From Octopus bimaculoides (lineage: Eukaryota), in the NCBI RefSeq assembly GCF_001194135.2, contig NC_068992.1, positions 29,966,672-30,006,946 of the forward strand: a stretch of DNA of 40,275 nucleotides. The letters run 5' to 3'. The translations under genes and the position numbers were made by a program. The notes beneath the pieces are model-generated. The model had not been told where the DNA came from. It searched no databases and worked only from the letters and a program-made list of their open reading frames with translations. Within the stretch, counting starts at the first letter, position 1. Every line of letters begins with the position of its first letter. Shown piece after piece: positions 24,346-35,780 of the stretch.

Positions 24346-24956
24346 ACATAGATGCATATTCACATACACACACACATATGTAATTAGGAAATAGAGAAAA
24401 GCATAAATTAACCAGTACATCGATTGGATCACATTTAAAGATTGTTTATTGATACAAAGCAAGACATAACAAAGCCAACAGCTGTTTCCGATCAAAATTT
24501 CCAGAATGCAGTCTATACATAAATGCGAGAATAAAATTCTTCGTCTTCATAGGGCATTCGGATTAAGGCATCTGATTTCCATCAGAGTGAAAAACAAGAG
24601 CATACAATAAAGGGAAGGAGAATGGAGAGGTAAGAAAACATGGTTTAGACAAACAGTCTAAAAGCCCAATATTTTAAGTGCACATAATTATATACCATCC
24701 AGGCTCAAAGAACGTGGATAAGAGAATGAGCTATTAAAGGACAAGCTAGTCCTTGTATTTTATTCTCGCATTTATGTATAGACTGTATTCCGGTAAATTT
24801 TGATCAGAAATAGCTGTTAGTTTTGTTATGCCTTGCTTCGTATCAATACACAAGCTTTTAGTGTGGTCCTATCGATGTACTGGTTAATCTATGTTTTTCT
24901 CCATTTTCTAAATATTTACATTGGGTCCTGATAAACTTTTGTTTATCCTATTGTCA

Positions 24957-25010
24957 CCTGGGACCATGTGGTTGTTAAGCAAGCTTCTTACCACAGAGCC
25001 ATCCTTGCGC
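24957..25010 (-). mobile_element. SINE head fragment
   Basis: GGACCATGTGGTTGTTAAGCAAGCTTCTTACCACAGAGCCATCCTTGCGC matches the head of 18201-18362. Confidence 0.7.
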
Positions 25011-26276
25011 TTATAAACTTATAGGAGAATGCACCTGAATCTGAAAAAACGTATAGTTGTTTTTAAACAGATGTATTCTCATACACACCAAACTAGTTAC
25101 AGCAATTTTTTGCTTTTTAAAAAGCAATTGGATTTAAAAGTTTCAAATTACGGAGTAGAAATCGATATATATGTAGTTTTAAATCTCTGTGCAAGAAATA
25201 CGTAGTTATAGTAAAGTCTTTTGGCCAACGCAAAGTGACAGGACGACGTTACTACTTTTCGCCGGATGACAATATCTTTCCCAGTTGGCTACCGACACAT
25301 GTTTTGCGTCCCTGTGCTGTGAGCAAGGGAGTTTATTGCTCCCTTTCTAGCCTCAGCGATACCTGTAAAGCAATGGATTCTGTGTTATTTCACTTCCTTG
25401 GTGCAGGGCAATCGCCGACTAGAGACAGCAGCCACAGGACCTTACCCACAGTATATGTATTTAAAGCGACACACAGTGCTGATCTGGTATGTATAAAAAA
25501 GCAAAAACAAACACAGACTCGCACACACACAAGTGCACACACACACAAGTGCACACACACACAAGTGCACACACATATATTGANNNNNNNNNNNNNNNNN
25601 NNNNNNNNNNNNNNNNNNNNNNNNNNNNNNNNNNNNNNNNNNNNNNNNNNNNNNNNNNNNNNNNNNNNNNNNNNNNNNNNNNNNNNNNNNNNNNNNNNNN
25701 NNNNNNNNNNNNNNNNNNNNNNNNNNNNNNNNNNNNNNNNNNNNNNNNNNNNNNNNNNNNNNNNNNNNNNNNNNNNNNNNNNNNNNNNNNNNNNNNNNNN
25801 NNNNNNNNNNNNNNNNNNNNNNNNNNNNNNNNNNNNNNNNNNNNNNNNNNNNNNNNNNNNNNNNNNNNNNNNNNNNNNNNNNNNNNNNNNNNNNNNNNNN
25901 NNNNNNNNNNNNNNNNNNNNNNNNNNNNNNNNNNNNNNNNNNNNNNNNNNNNNNNNNNNNNNNNNNNNNNNNNNNNNNNNNNNNNNNNNNNNNNNNNNNN
26001 NNNNNNNNNNNNNNNNNNNNNNNNNNNNNNNNNNNNNNNNNNNNNNNNNNNNNNNNNNNNNNNNNNNNNNNNNNNNNNNNNNNNNNNNNNNNNNNNNNNN
26101 NNNNNNNNNNNNNNNNNNNNNNNNNNNNNNNNNNNNNNNNNNNNNNNNNNNNNNNNNNNNNNNNNNNNNNNNNNNNNNNNNNNNNNNNNNNNNNNNNNNN
26201 NNNNNNNNNNNNNNNNNNNNNNNNNNNNNNNNNNNNNNNNNNNNNNNNNNNNNNNNNNNNNNNNNNNNNNNNNNNN

Positions 26277-26310
<34 letters not shown>

Positions 26311-26700
26311 GCACATATGCGCACAAGCACACACACATATATGCACACAGACACACGCCCTCTCATATACATAGATTTATATGAGTGTGTGTGTGTCTGT
26401 GTGCATATATATATGTGAATGTATATGTATATATACATACATGTGTGTGTATGTATGTGTATATATACATGTACATGTATGAGTATATGAGTACATCAGT
26501 GTGGCGACACACCCCTCATCATGTTATATTTCAACCATAAATTATACGAGATTGACAGTATGGGCAGGTGGCTAACGTTTCCTGTGTAAGTGCATGTACG
26601 AGCGAAAGTGTGCGTGCATATGTGTGTATAAGCATCCTGATCTAAGCTAGCTCGCTAAACAGCCTTTTGCCCTACCTCTAGACTCTCCAACCAGCATATA

Positions 26701-26822
26701 CGTGGGGTGTATGAAAAGTCTTGAGCTTGAAAAAACTCAACATGGTACAAGACTTCTAATGAAGGTATATGATTTGAAGGCTCAATGGTCTCGAAGGCTC
26801 AAAACCTTTCATACACCCCTCG
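26701..26822. mobile_element. 122-bp mariner-type MITE
   Basis: TIRs CGTGGGGTGTATGAAAAGTCTTGAGC and (reverse complement) CGAGGGGTGTATGAAAGGTTTTGAGC, 23/26 identical. TA on both sides (26699-26700, 26823-26824). No coding capacity. Confidence 0.9.
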
Positions 26823-27822
26823 TATATCTATCCCTTCCTTCTTCTTATACCATTCTTCTGTATTAAACCCAGTGTAACTCAATCTATTCCTATCTATCCA
26901 TTAGCTCCAGGTACGGACCATTTTTTAAAAACCAAAAATCTGCTTGTCTATATTCATGCAACTCTTTTTGAAAAAAGATAATAATAATTAAAAATTGTAG
27001 TGATGCTTCATTTCCTAACCAGACGGGCATATAACAACATGAGAGCCAAAATTCAGTATCTTTCGCGAGACACAAACCTTTATGTATAGATGTAGCTGAC
27101 GAGATCCAGACTGCAAAATTGAGGCAACACATGTTGAAAGGAGTCCCACCTATACGGGACAGTAGTAGGATGTGTCAAAACGACCGTTGTACAAATTGAT
27201 CTGCTTATTACTCAAAGAATTATTATTCTTATCTCAACTAACATTGTGGAATTTCTGTAGTTTATCCAACTGAAATATACCCGACTGCGGATGACATCGG
27301 GTAGCCCAAACTATGTCAATGCTCCAGTCAACACATCAACAAACACACTAATCGATATATACTCAATAGTCCCAAAATGCAATGTGTATATATTTGCACA
27401 TATATATATATATATATATATGAATACGTGTGTATCTGTGTGACTTCGACGATTTCATTTTGTGTGCCTGTCCCCCGTAACCCAGAGCTTCAGAAATTGT
27501 ATAGATTTACATAAGTCCCAGGTTAGTAATAATTACTGGGCTTCACTTGATTGAATAATTCCTTCAATGTTGTGCTCTAGCTCCATCTCTGAAACAAATA
27601 TTGCAAACAAAAATCATATATATATTTATTTGAGTGAGTGTGCGTGGGTGTGTGCATGTGTGCTTGTGTATATTAGCACACAAAGGCAGACAGACACACA
27701 CGCACATATATGTGCGCATGTGTGCGCGTGTGTGTATACATGTACACATGAAAATCATGTCCCCGTGTGTATTTATGTCTGGCTATGTGTGTATATGGGT
27801 ATACATAGGCAGTCATATCTAT

Positions 27823-27887
<65 letters not shown>

Positions 27888-27975
27888 CACTTATGTATTA
27901 CTCTCTACATATATGTATGTTATATATATATATATATATATATATATGAGTGTATATATATTTATGTATGCATAT

Positions 27976-28396
27976 GAGTGGCTGTGTGGTAAGTAGATTG
28001 CTAACCAACGAAATGGTCCCGGGTTCAGTCCCACTGCGTGTCACCTTGGGCAAGTGTCTTCTACTATACCCTCGTGTCAACCAAAGTCTTGTGAGTGGAT
28101 TTGGTAGAAGGAAACTGGAAGAAGCCCGTCGTATATATATACATATGTATATATATATATGCATATGTATGTGTGTGTATATGCTTGTGTGTCTGTGTTC
28201 GTCCCCCCACCCCAACATCGCTTTGACAACCGATGCTGGCGTGTCTACGTCCCCGCAACTTAGCGATCGGAAAAGAGACCGATAGTATAAGTACTGGGCT
28301 TATAAAGAATAAGCTGTGGGATCGATTTGCTCGACTAAAGGCGATGCTCCAGCATGGCCGCAGTCAATTGACTGAAACAATTAAAAGAGTAAAAGA
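27976..28396 (+). mobile_element. Near full-length tRNA-derived SINE with an internal (TA)/(TG) microsatellite
   Basis: Head GAGTGGCTGTGTGGTAAGTAG...GGGTTCAGTCCC (A/B-box-like), central microsatellite 28131-28190, 3' body ending AAAAGAGTAAAAGA before (TA)n. Other partial copies occur in the window. Confidence 0.9.
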
Positions 28397-28429
28397 TATA
28401 TATATATATATANNNNNNNNNNNNNNNNN

Positions 28430-28466
<37 letters not shown>

Positions 28467-30528
28467 GTATATGCTTATGTGTGTGTACTTGTTTGTGCGT
28501 GTTCGCGCACGCATGTGCATCTATATTTAGCTTTTTATCAGTAGATTTAAGTTTCGAGGAATATTGAACGTGCCTATTGTACGATATTCTGTGCCTATAG
28601 GCGACGGATATTATGAAAATTTTATTTGAATGAAACGTCTTCTACGAAATGAATTATCGGCCTTCTGCTCTAGTTTATTGATTTAATAGACTATTGTTTA
28701 CTGAAATCTGCTCCCATATTCCTTCAATTTTTTTTTATTCCATCATATGCTTTCTTGTGGCTTGTCGCCAATCATTTTCTTTTCTCTTTTCTTTTTGTTA
28801 GTTATATCAATAACCTGCGATTTACTTTTAAGTCTTTCTTAGTATTTTTTTTCAAAATGCAGCCTGTATAGCAACGAACGCAGAATTTGGAAGAAGCCCA
28901 TTTCAATGCAAGACGAGACGTATTGATCATAAATTTCTAGTAAGAGTGAAAGAGGAGAAAATAATCAATAAAATTTAGCTTGAACGAAGCAATGTTGATT
29001 AGTTAATTACCAATGAGCTTTATGTCCCGTAATCAATTTATTTGTCTCTCATTGAAGTACTTTTAATATATTCTGTAATTTTCTTTAAGACTTAACTCCA
29101 CTGTGCTCTAGAACAGCTCTAAACGTTAATAAGATGAGATAAAAGAAGAAATGCAAAACGCTTTGAATTCTTTGAGTGAGCCTATCTCACAAATGTAAAG
29201 CATGTAAAGCACCCTAACGTAATTCAAAAAATTCAATTCAGCAATTTTCGTCTCTCAGCGTGATAGCTTGCCCCACGTAATCTTAATTTTCATACAACTA
29301 ATTTACTCAAGACCACAAAGACATAAATTGATAAAACGTTAATAACAGATGCCTCTGCTTTACGAGTTGAATTGCTGCATAAAAAGAGCCGTAAAAAAAC
29401 ATTTGGTTATTTAATAAATTTTATTAATCTGAAGCAAGCAATTAGAAAATAATTGAAAGCATGTTGGATGACAAGTATCGATCAGTGAACATTCCGGAAA
29501 TAATTTTAAGAAGCAAAGTACAGGAAACGAGATTTAGTTCTCTCTTTGATGAGATGTTTTTATTTATGTTATTCGATAGGTGAATGAATGACACGCGAAC
29601 TCCATTTCCCCTTCACTTAGGAATACATTCCAATAACTTATATAAATTGAGACGTAATTGACAAATAAACATTTACTGTAGATATATTAGGAATGATTAT
29701 AAAAACAAAGATTATATCCGCAATATTATAGCTTCTGAGCTAAACAAAACCTACGTCATCAGAATGTACATCATTAACATTTGGAGGAAATTAGGCCACG
29801 CACATCATTTGAGTAACAGCAGTCTTCGTAGCAAGGTAGCTAAATTCAAATACAGTACAAACGAAAGACCACAACAATGTACTACTTCTCAGACGATATA
29901 AAGATTAACTTAAATAGAATACTGAGGGGAGCAACATCTACATACCAACTCAGGTAAAGGCAGTAGTAATCCACTACTGAAGAACTTTTCCAACACGAAT
30001 TCTCAGAAATAGAGAAGTAATAACGAAGACGAGGATATATCCGCCATTTCAAGTGAAAGCTACCCTCACCGCCTAGCATTTGCACCCTATTTAGCTGCAT
30101 TCTACGTGTAACAATAAAATTTTGTAGACGCCAGAAATATCATTGCAACAAATTAGACGTGAATACAGAAATGATACGGGGAGTCAATGAATAACCTCAT
30201 AAGAAAACAATGGCAATGACGATTAGTTTAGCATATATACAACTTCGGAACAATTGATTTATTCATCTTCATACGAATCTAAAAAATAAATCTATTAATA
30301 TGACAGATTATGAAATTAGCTCTATACGTACATACGTATCCGTATATGTATTCATCATCATCATCATCATCATCATCATCGCATATATACATATGCATAT
30401 ACGTATATATATGTATATACGATATTTATATAGATAGATAAATACATGTATATGCACACACTTATGTGTGTGTATATACATATACATACACACACACACA
30501 CACATACGCACGCACACACACACATACG

Positions 30529-30638
<110 letters not shown>

Positions 30639-30725
30639 TAACTATATATAAAAGTATATTTTTATGTGGTAACTGAAAGACGGACAATTTTTTCGACACA
30701 TCTAGCATCACTCCCTCACGGGTGG

Positions 30726-30785
30726 GAGACTTACCAACTGGTTCAGGAGCATCCGTGGGTACAGATATGTCTCATCGGGTGATAA
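30726..30785 (-). ncRNA. Degenerate hammerhead relic downstream of the 31.2-31.9 kb PLE
   Basis: Minus strand reads CCGATGA, hairpin ATCTGT-ACCC-ACGGAT, GAAC, stem ACCA-GT-TGGT, then A (GUA). The cores are mutated and stem I does not pair. Confidence 0.45.
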
Positions 30786-31199
30786 ATAGATATAGCTCGT
30801 TAAAATAACAGTTCCATAATGTATTTTCTTATTTCATGTAAAAAAAAAAAAGGCAACAAAACAAAGTATATATCTTCATCTATATAGAAGATCAAGAATA
30901 AAATAACAGATGAAAAGGAACCAAAAACAAACACGCAATACAACGAGAAAAGTATTAAAAATAACCGTCAACAGATATGGATGTCTAAACGCTCTCGCAC
31001 AAGCTGTCTAGCGCATGTACATCTGCTCATAGAAGCATCCACGAATATGTAATCATAAGTGCACACCTTCACATAGCGAGTTAAATAGCTACTTGGTGCT
31101 TATAAGAATGGGGGAGGTTAAAGCTAAACTTAATTCATCCATACCTTGAAGTAAATTATGTTATCAGTTACTCAAATTCATTCCCACTGCATTGAGCGA

Positions 31200-31870
31200 C
31201 AGTACATTTATATGAATGTAAGCATCTTAAGAATCTTTCAGAAATTCTATTATTGATGTTCTCGGTGGTCAATAGTATAGAGAGAGATTCCTCAGAGCAG
31301 AGTCGGCATTTCCTGGAAATGATATTCTATGGTTTTCGTGCCTTACCATTGACCAAGTTATGTTATACTTAATTTCATTTTCCTTCAGTCACATCACAAA
31401 GTCAGTCAAAGATGTTGAATGCCTCCTATTGATTCGCTTTAAGCTGGCGACATGGTTGCGATAACGATTCTTAAATGAATCGGCCGTTTGCTCTATGTAA
31501 ACATACGGCCCTCCCCTTGTGTGAACGGTACATTTATATACAAGTTTGTATTCATATAGAAGCTCGTCAATGAGCATTATGATCTTTCACTGCATGAGCA
31601 TTTATTATGTTTATTTGTATATATAGCAGTTCTAACATCATTTTCCGACGTTGTTACTGTTTTAGCTATATCCTATTTATATTTACTATCACAATTTGGT
31701 CGTATTTGATGCTTTTCATTGCGGTTTATATCTCTTTCGTTGGAAAAGATTATTTTCCAACATAACATGACTGGTTTAGGATGAATGTTGCAAATAATCT
31801 TTACTCGAGAGCACTGTTGTTGAATATCTCTCGTTGAGAGATTTACAAATTGTAATTTTCTCCTTCGTTG
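31200..31870 (-). pseudogene. Penelope-like element (probably Naiad group) remnant: RT-end, linker and GIY-YIG
   Basis: Frameshifted pieces SQREIFNNSALE*, KCSCSERS*C (CxCx5C), LVYKCTVHTRGGPYVYIEQTADSFKNRYRNHVASL..STSLTDFVM*LKENEIKYNITWS, KCRLCSEE..NNRISERFLRCLH. Confidence 0.88.
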
Positions 31871-32961
31871 GTATTTAGATACGTGTTTGGTAGATCTACC
31901 TATCAATCAATCTACCTAACTATCCATCTATACATACATACATGCATACATATACGTATACATATATGTTCATACACGTTTATGAACATATGTGTGCGTA
32001 TATATATATATATATATATATATNNNNNNNNNNNNNNNNNNNNNNNNNNNNNNNNNNNNNNNNNNNNNNNNNNNNNNNNNNNNNNNNNNNNNNNNNNNNN
32101 NNNNNNNNNNNNNNNNNNNNNNNNNNNNNNNNNNNNNNNNNNNNNNNNNNNNNNNNNNNNNNNNNNNNNNNNNNNNNNNNNNNNNNNNNNNNNNNNNNNN
32201 NNNNNNNNNNNNNNNNNNNNNNNNNNNNNNNNNNNNNNNNNNNNNNNNNNNNNNNNNNNNNNNNNNNNNNNNNNNNNNNNNNNNNNNNNNNNNNNNNNNN
32301 NNNNNNNNNNNNNNNNNNNNNNNNNNNNNNNNNNNNNNNNNNNNNNNNNNNNNNNNNNNNNNNNNNNNNNNNNNNNNNNNNNNNNNNNNNNNNNNNNNNN
32401 NNNNNNNNNNNNNNNNNNNNNNNNNNNNNNNNNNNNNNNNNNNNNNNNNNNNNNNNNNNNNNNNNNNNNNNNNNNNNNNNNNNNNNNNNNNNNNNNNNNN
32501 NNNNNNNNNNNNNNNNNNNNNNNNNNNNNNNNNNNNNNNNNNNNNNNNNNNNNNNNNNNNNNNNNNNNNNNNNNNNNNNNNNNNNNNNNNNNNNNNNNNN
32601 NNNNNNNNNNNNNNNNNNNNNNNNNNNNNNNNNNNNNNNNNNNNNNNNNNNNNNNNNNNNNNNNNNNNNNNNNNNNNNNNNNNNNNNNNNNNNNNNNNNN
32701 NNNNNNNNNNATATATGCGTACAGAAAACTTACTTTTTCTGTCGAGGGCGTATATGCTCCAATATTAGACTATTTTCTTTAAACATTGCACGTCATAATT
32801 TATAAGCTTTAAGCTTATAAAATATCATTATAATTTTAAAAAATTGTAAAATTCCACACTGTTTAACAAAAACAATCGCATACACACACACATACATACA
32901 CACATGCATACACACACATACATACATACATACATACATACATACATCCATACATACATAC

Positions 32962-34212
32962 ATGAAGTCTTCAGACATGACGTAAATACCATCATGAGAT
33001 TGGGAAGGCAACTACTTGACAAGCATTCCTTATTTGACAACCCTGAACTCTTACCCAAAGAAATTGCAAGACTCTACCGTAACATAACATCAGAGGAGAG
33101 AATGAATGCTTTCCAGCAGAAGACCATGCATTTATACGTTAACAGAAAGCTCCAGGGTGATAACAACATTGACAACCAGAGCAGTCTATCGTGGACAAAC
33201 AATCGGGTCACCAACTCTCACTTTGAAGGGTATGCTTTTGCTATTCAAGAACAAGAAATAGCAACCAAATTCCTAATAAACAAACGGGACAGAGAGGCGG
33301 GCAAAGCGCCACAATGTAATAATCGATGCAGACTCTGTGGAATCAATATCGAAGATATCNNNNNNNNNNNNNNNNNNNNNNNNNNNNNNNNNNNNNNNNN
33401 NNNNNNNNNNNNNNNNNNNNNNNNNNNNNNNNNNNNNNNNNNNNNNNNNNNNNNNNNNNNNNNNNNNNNNNNNNNNNNNNNNNNNNNNNNNNNNNNNNNN
33501 NNNNNNNNNNNNNNNNNNNNNNNNNNNNNNNNNNNNNNNNNNNNNNNNNNNNNNNNNNNNNNNNNNNNNNNNNNNNNNNNNNNNNNNNNNNNNNNNNNNN
33601 NNNNNNNNNNNNNNNNNNNNNNNNNNNNNNNNNNNNNNNNNNNNNNNNNNNNNNNNNNNNNNNNNNNNNNNNNNNNNNNNNNNNNNNNNNNNNNNNNNNN
33701 NNNNNNNNNNNNNNGAAAGAGTATTGGTGGAATGTCCTAATAAAAACCTCAATAAAATGCAGACATAATAGACCGGATATAGTAATCTGGGACAGAGAAG
33801 AGAAACTCTGTACAGTAGTAGAAATCAGCTGTCCTGCGGATGTCAACATCCCACTAAAGATTAGAGAAAAAGAGAACAACTACGCCGAGCTACTGAGAAA
33901 TTTGCAGATACTCCACCCGGACTACAAGTTCAGATTCATACCCGTGATTGTTGGGGCATTGGGATATGTAACAAACTGCCTCAACAAAAATCTGGAAAAA
34001 TTAGGGTTCTCAAAACCTGAAAGAAAAAGGCTGATTAGAAGACTACAGATTCAAGCCATCAATGGAACTGTAACGGTATGTAAAACTTTCTCAAAAATTA
34101 GCACATAAATACATATGCATGCATCTAGACATGAAAATATATACATATAAACGCATCCATAAAACACACATACAAATCTGCGCATACACTAACACCAAAT
34201 ACTGCACACACA

Positions 34213-34271
<59 letters not shown>

Positions 34272-34385
34272 GCACAAATACCTAGATGATGTTGATAAAA
34301 GTTCCCATGAAGGAGCCTTGAATCTATGTTAGAGTCTGGCTCTTTCTCTATGGACAAGAAATGCAGAAATGAAACTCATTGATAA
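32962..34385 (+). mobile_element. 5'-truncated R4/Dong-type non-LTR retrotransposon with restriction-like endonuclease
   Basis: Open frames on both sides of gap 33360-33714: EGYAFAIQEQEIATK...CRLCGINIEDI (start of CCHC knuckle) and WNVLIKTSIKCRHNRPDIVIWD...VEISCP...KIREKENNY...FIPVIVGALG (PD-(D/E)xK REL domain). Stop at 34106-34108, then ~280 bp of putative 3' UTR. Confidence 0.9.
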
Positions 34386-34764
34386 CATACATACACATAT
34401 ACATATATGCATAATATAACTTTTGTATATAATTTGTTAAGGACGTTGGCGACGACGAAATCCGCAATCTCTACGTACATTCAATACACGAAGAACTAGT
34501 CATGCTGAAGACTAGACAAAATAGAACCACGTGCTTGTGATGCAAACCACTCAACCAAACTGCAATACTTGAAGTTGGAAATAATTATTTCGAAATGCTC
34601 TTTGTTAAGTATTAGAGATATGTACGGGAAGAAATATGGATGTTTGGTGGAGTGAGGTCATGTATATATATGCGTGTATGTGTGTGTGTGCTCGGAGCTG
34701 TGTGTGTGAAGGTGGCTGTATGTGGGTTTGAAAGTGTTTATATAAGGATATACACAATATATAT

Positions 34765-34807
<43 letters not shown>

Positions 34808-35339
34808 TATGCACACACAAAATGCTATTAAAATTTTAACTTGCTCTCTTTAAGAAAAAAATGAAAAATATTGACGTAATGTAACATTGTTAAGAGAACA
34901 CAAAAACGAATAAATAACAAACATCTTGAAATTATTGCAGTGAAACAGTGTGCATAATTCCATACGTGAATTTGTTATGTTGCTGTCAATTAAAATAGAA
35001 TGTTTAAAGTGTCAGCTTGTCATTTCAAATTGCTTCACCTGAACTTTTAGGAATATTTTAATCATTTTGTTTCAATAATTTCCATTTAATATTTCTAAGG
35101 ACTGAATAAGCGTCATTTAGTGAGTACGCCGTTTTATGAATGTCATACAAGAGCAGGCATGATTTTTTCTTATTGACTGGCACATGTCATTTACATTGTT
35201 CATGTTGGTAGAGCACCTTTTCCTTTAGAGCAGTTCTTGTTATTTTCATTGCAAGCCAAGAACAAGTTCCTATTCATATCAACCTACCAACGTTAAGTTC
35301 TTGATGAGGCAGAAATACATGCTCTTAAACATGCAGAAA

Positions 35340-35780
35340 AGGATATTACGGGTTCACGAAGCTGACACCTTCAGCAAAGTCAATATACAGGAATGGCTAA
35401 GAAGTTCAAAGTTGTAAAAGCCGCTTTGACGGCAAAGTAACTGTGACTACTGATACAAATCTGGAGCGAGTACATACACACGTTTCCGATTGATACTCAC
35501 GGAGACATCAGTCACAATCCGTGAGACTGTTGCAGAACTTGACTCTGGTCACCGTACCTTACAGAACGGGCTGAACATTTTGTGTATCCGAAAGAAAGTG
35601 CAAATATTTTGTTTTACTAATCGACACCCAAATTGAAAGGAGAAGGCTGAAAGCCTGCTCTCATTAGTTGGAAGTGTTTAAGGCTTATGCAAGCACAAGC
35701 TTTCGAACTGGTGAAAGGCCATGAAGCTTAACCGTATCTTTATGATAAAAATGTTGTAGATATCTCAGTCCCTCGATGAA
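35340..35780 (+). pseudogene. Heavily decayed mariner transposase N-terminal half
   Basis: Frameshifted pieces VHEADTFSKVNIQEW/AKKFK, TVTTDTNLERVHTHVSD, SVTIRETVAELDSGHRTLQNGLNIL.IRK and TQIERRRLKAC fit the mariner HTH and linker layout. Confidence 0.6.

Noticed and set aside
31389-31391. In-frame TGA in a Naiad-like EN as selenocysteine
   Set aside because: It aligns to the YIWEL position rather than a conserved Cys, and the copy has other stops and frameshifts.
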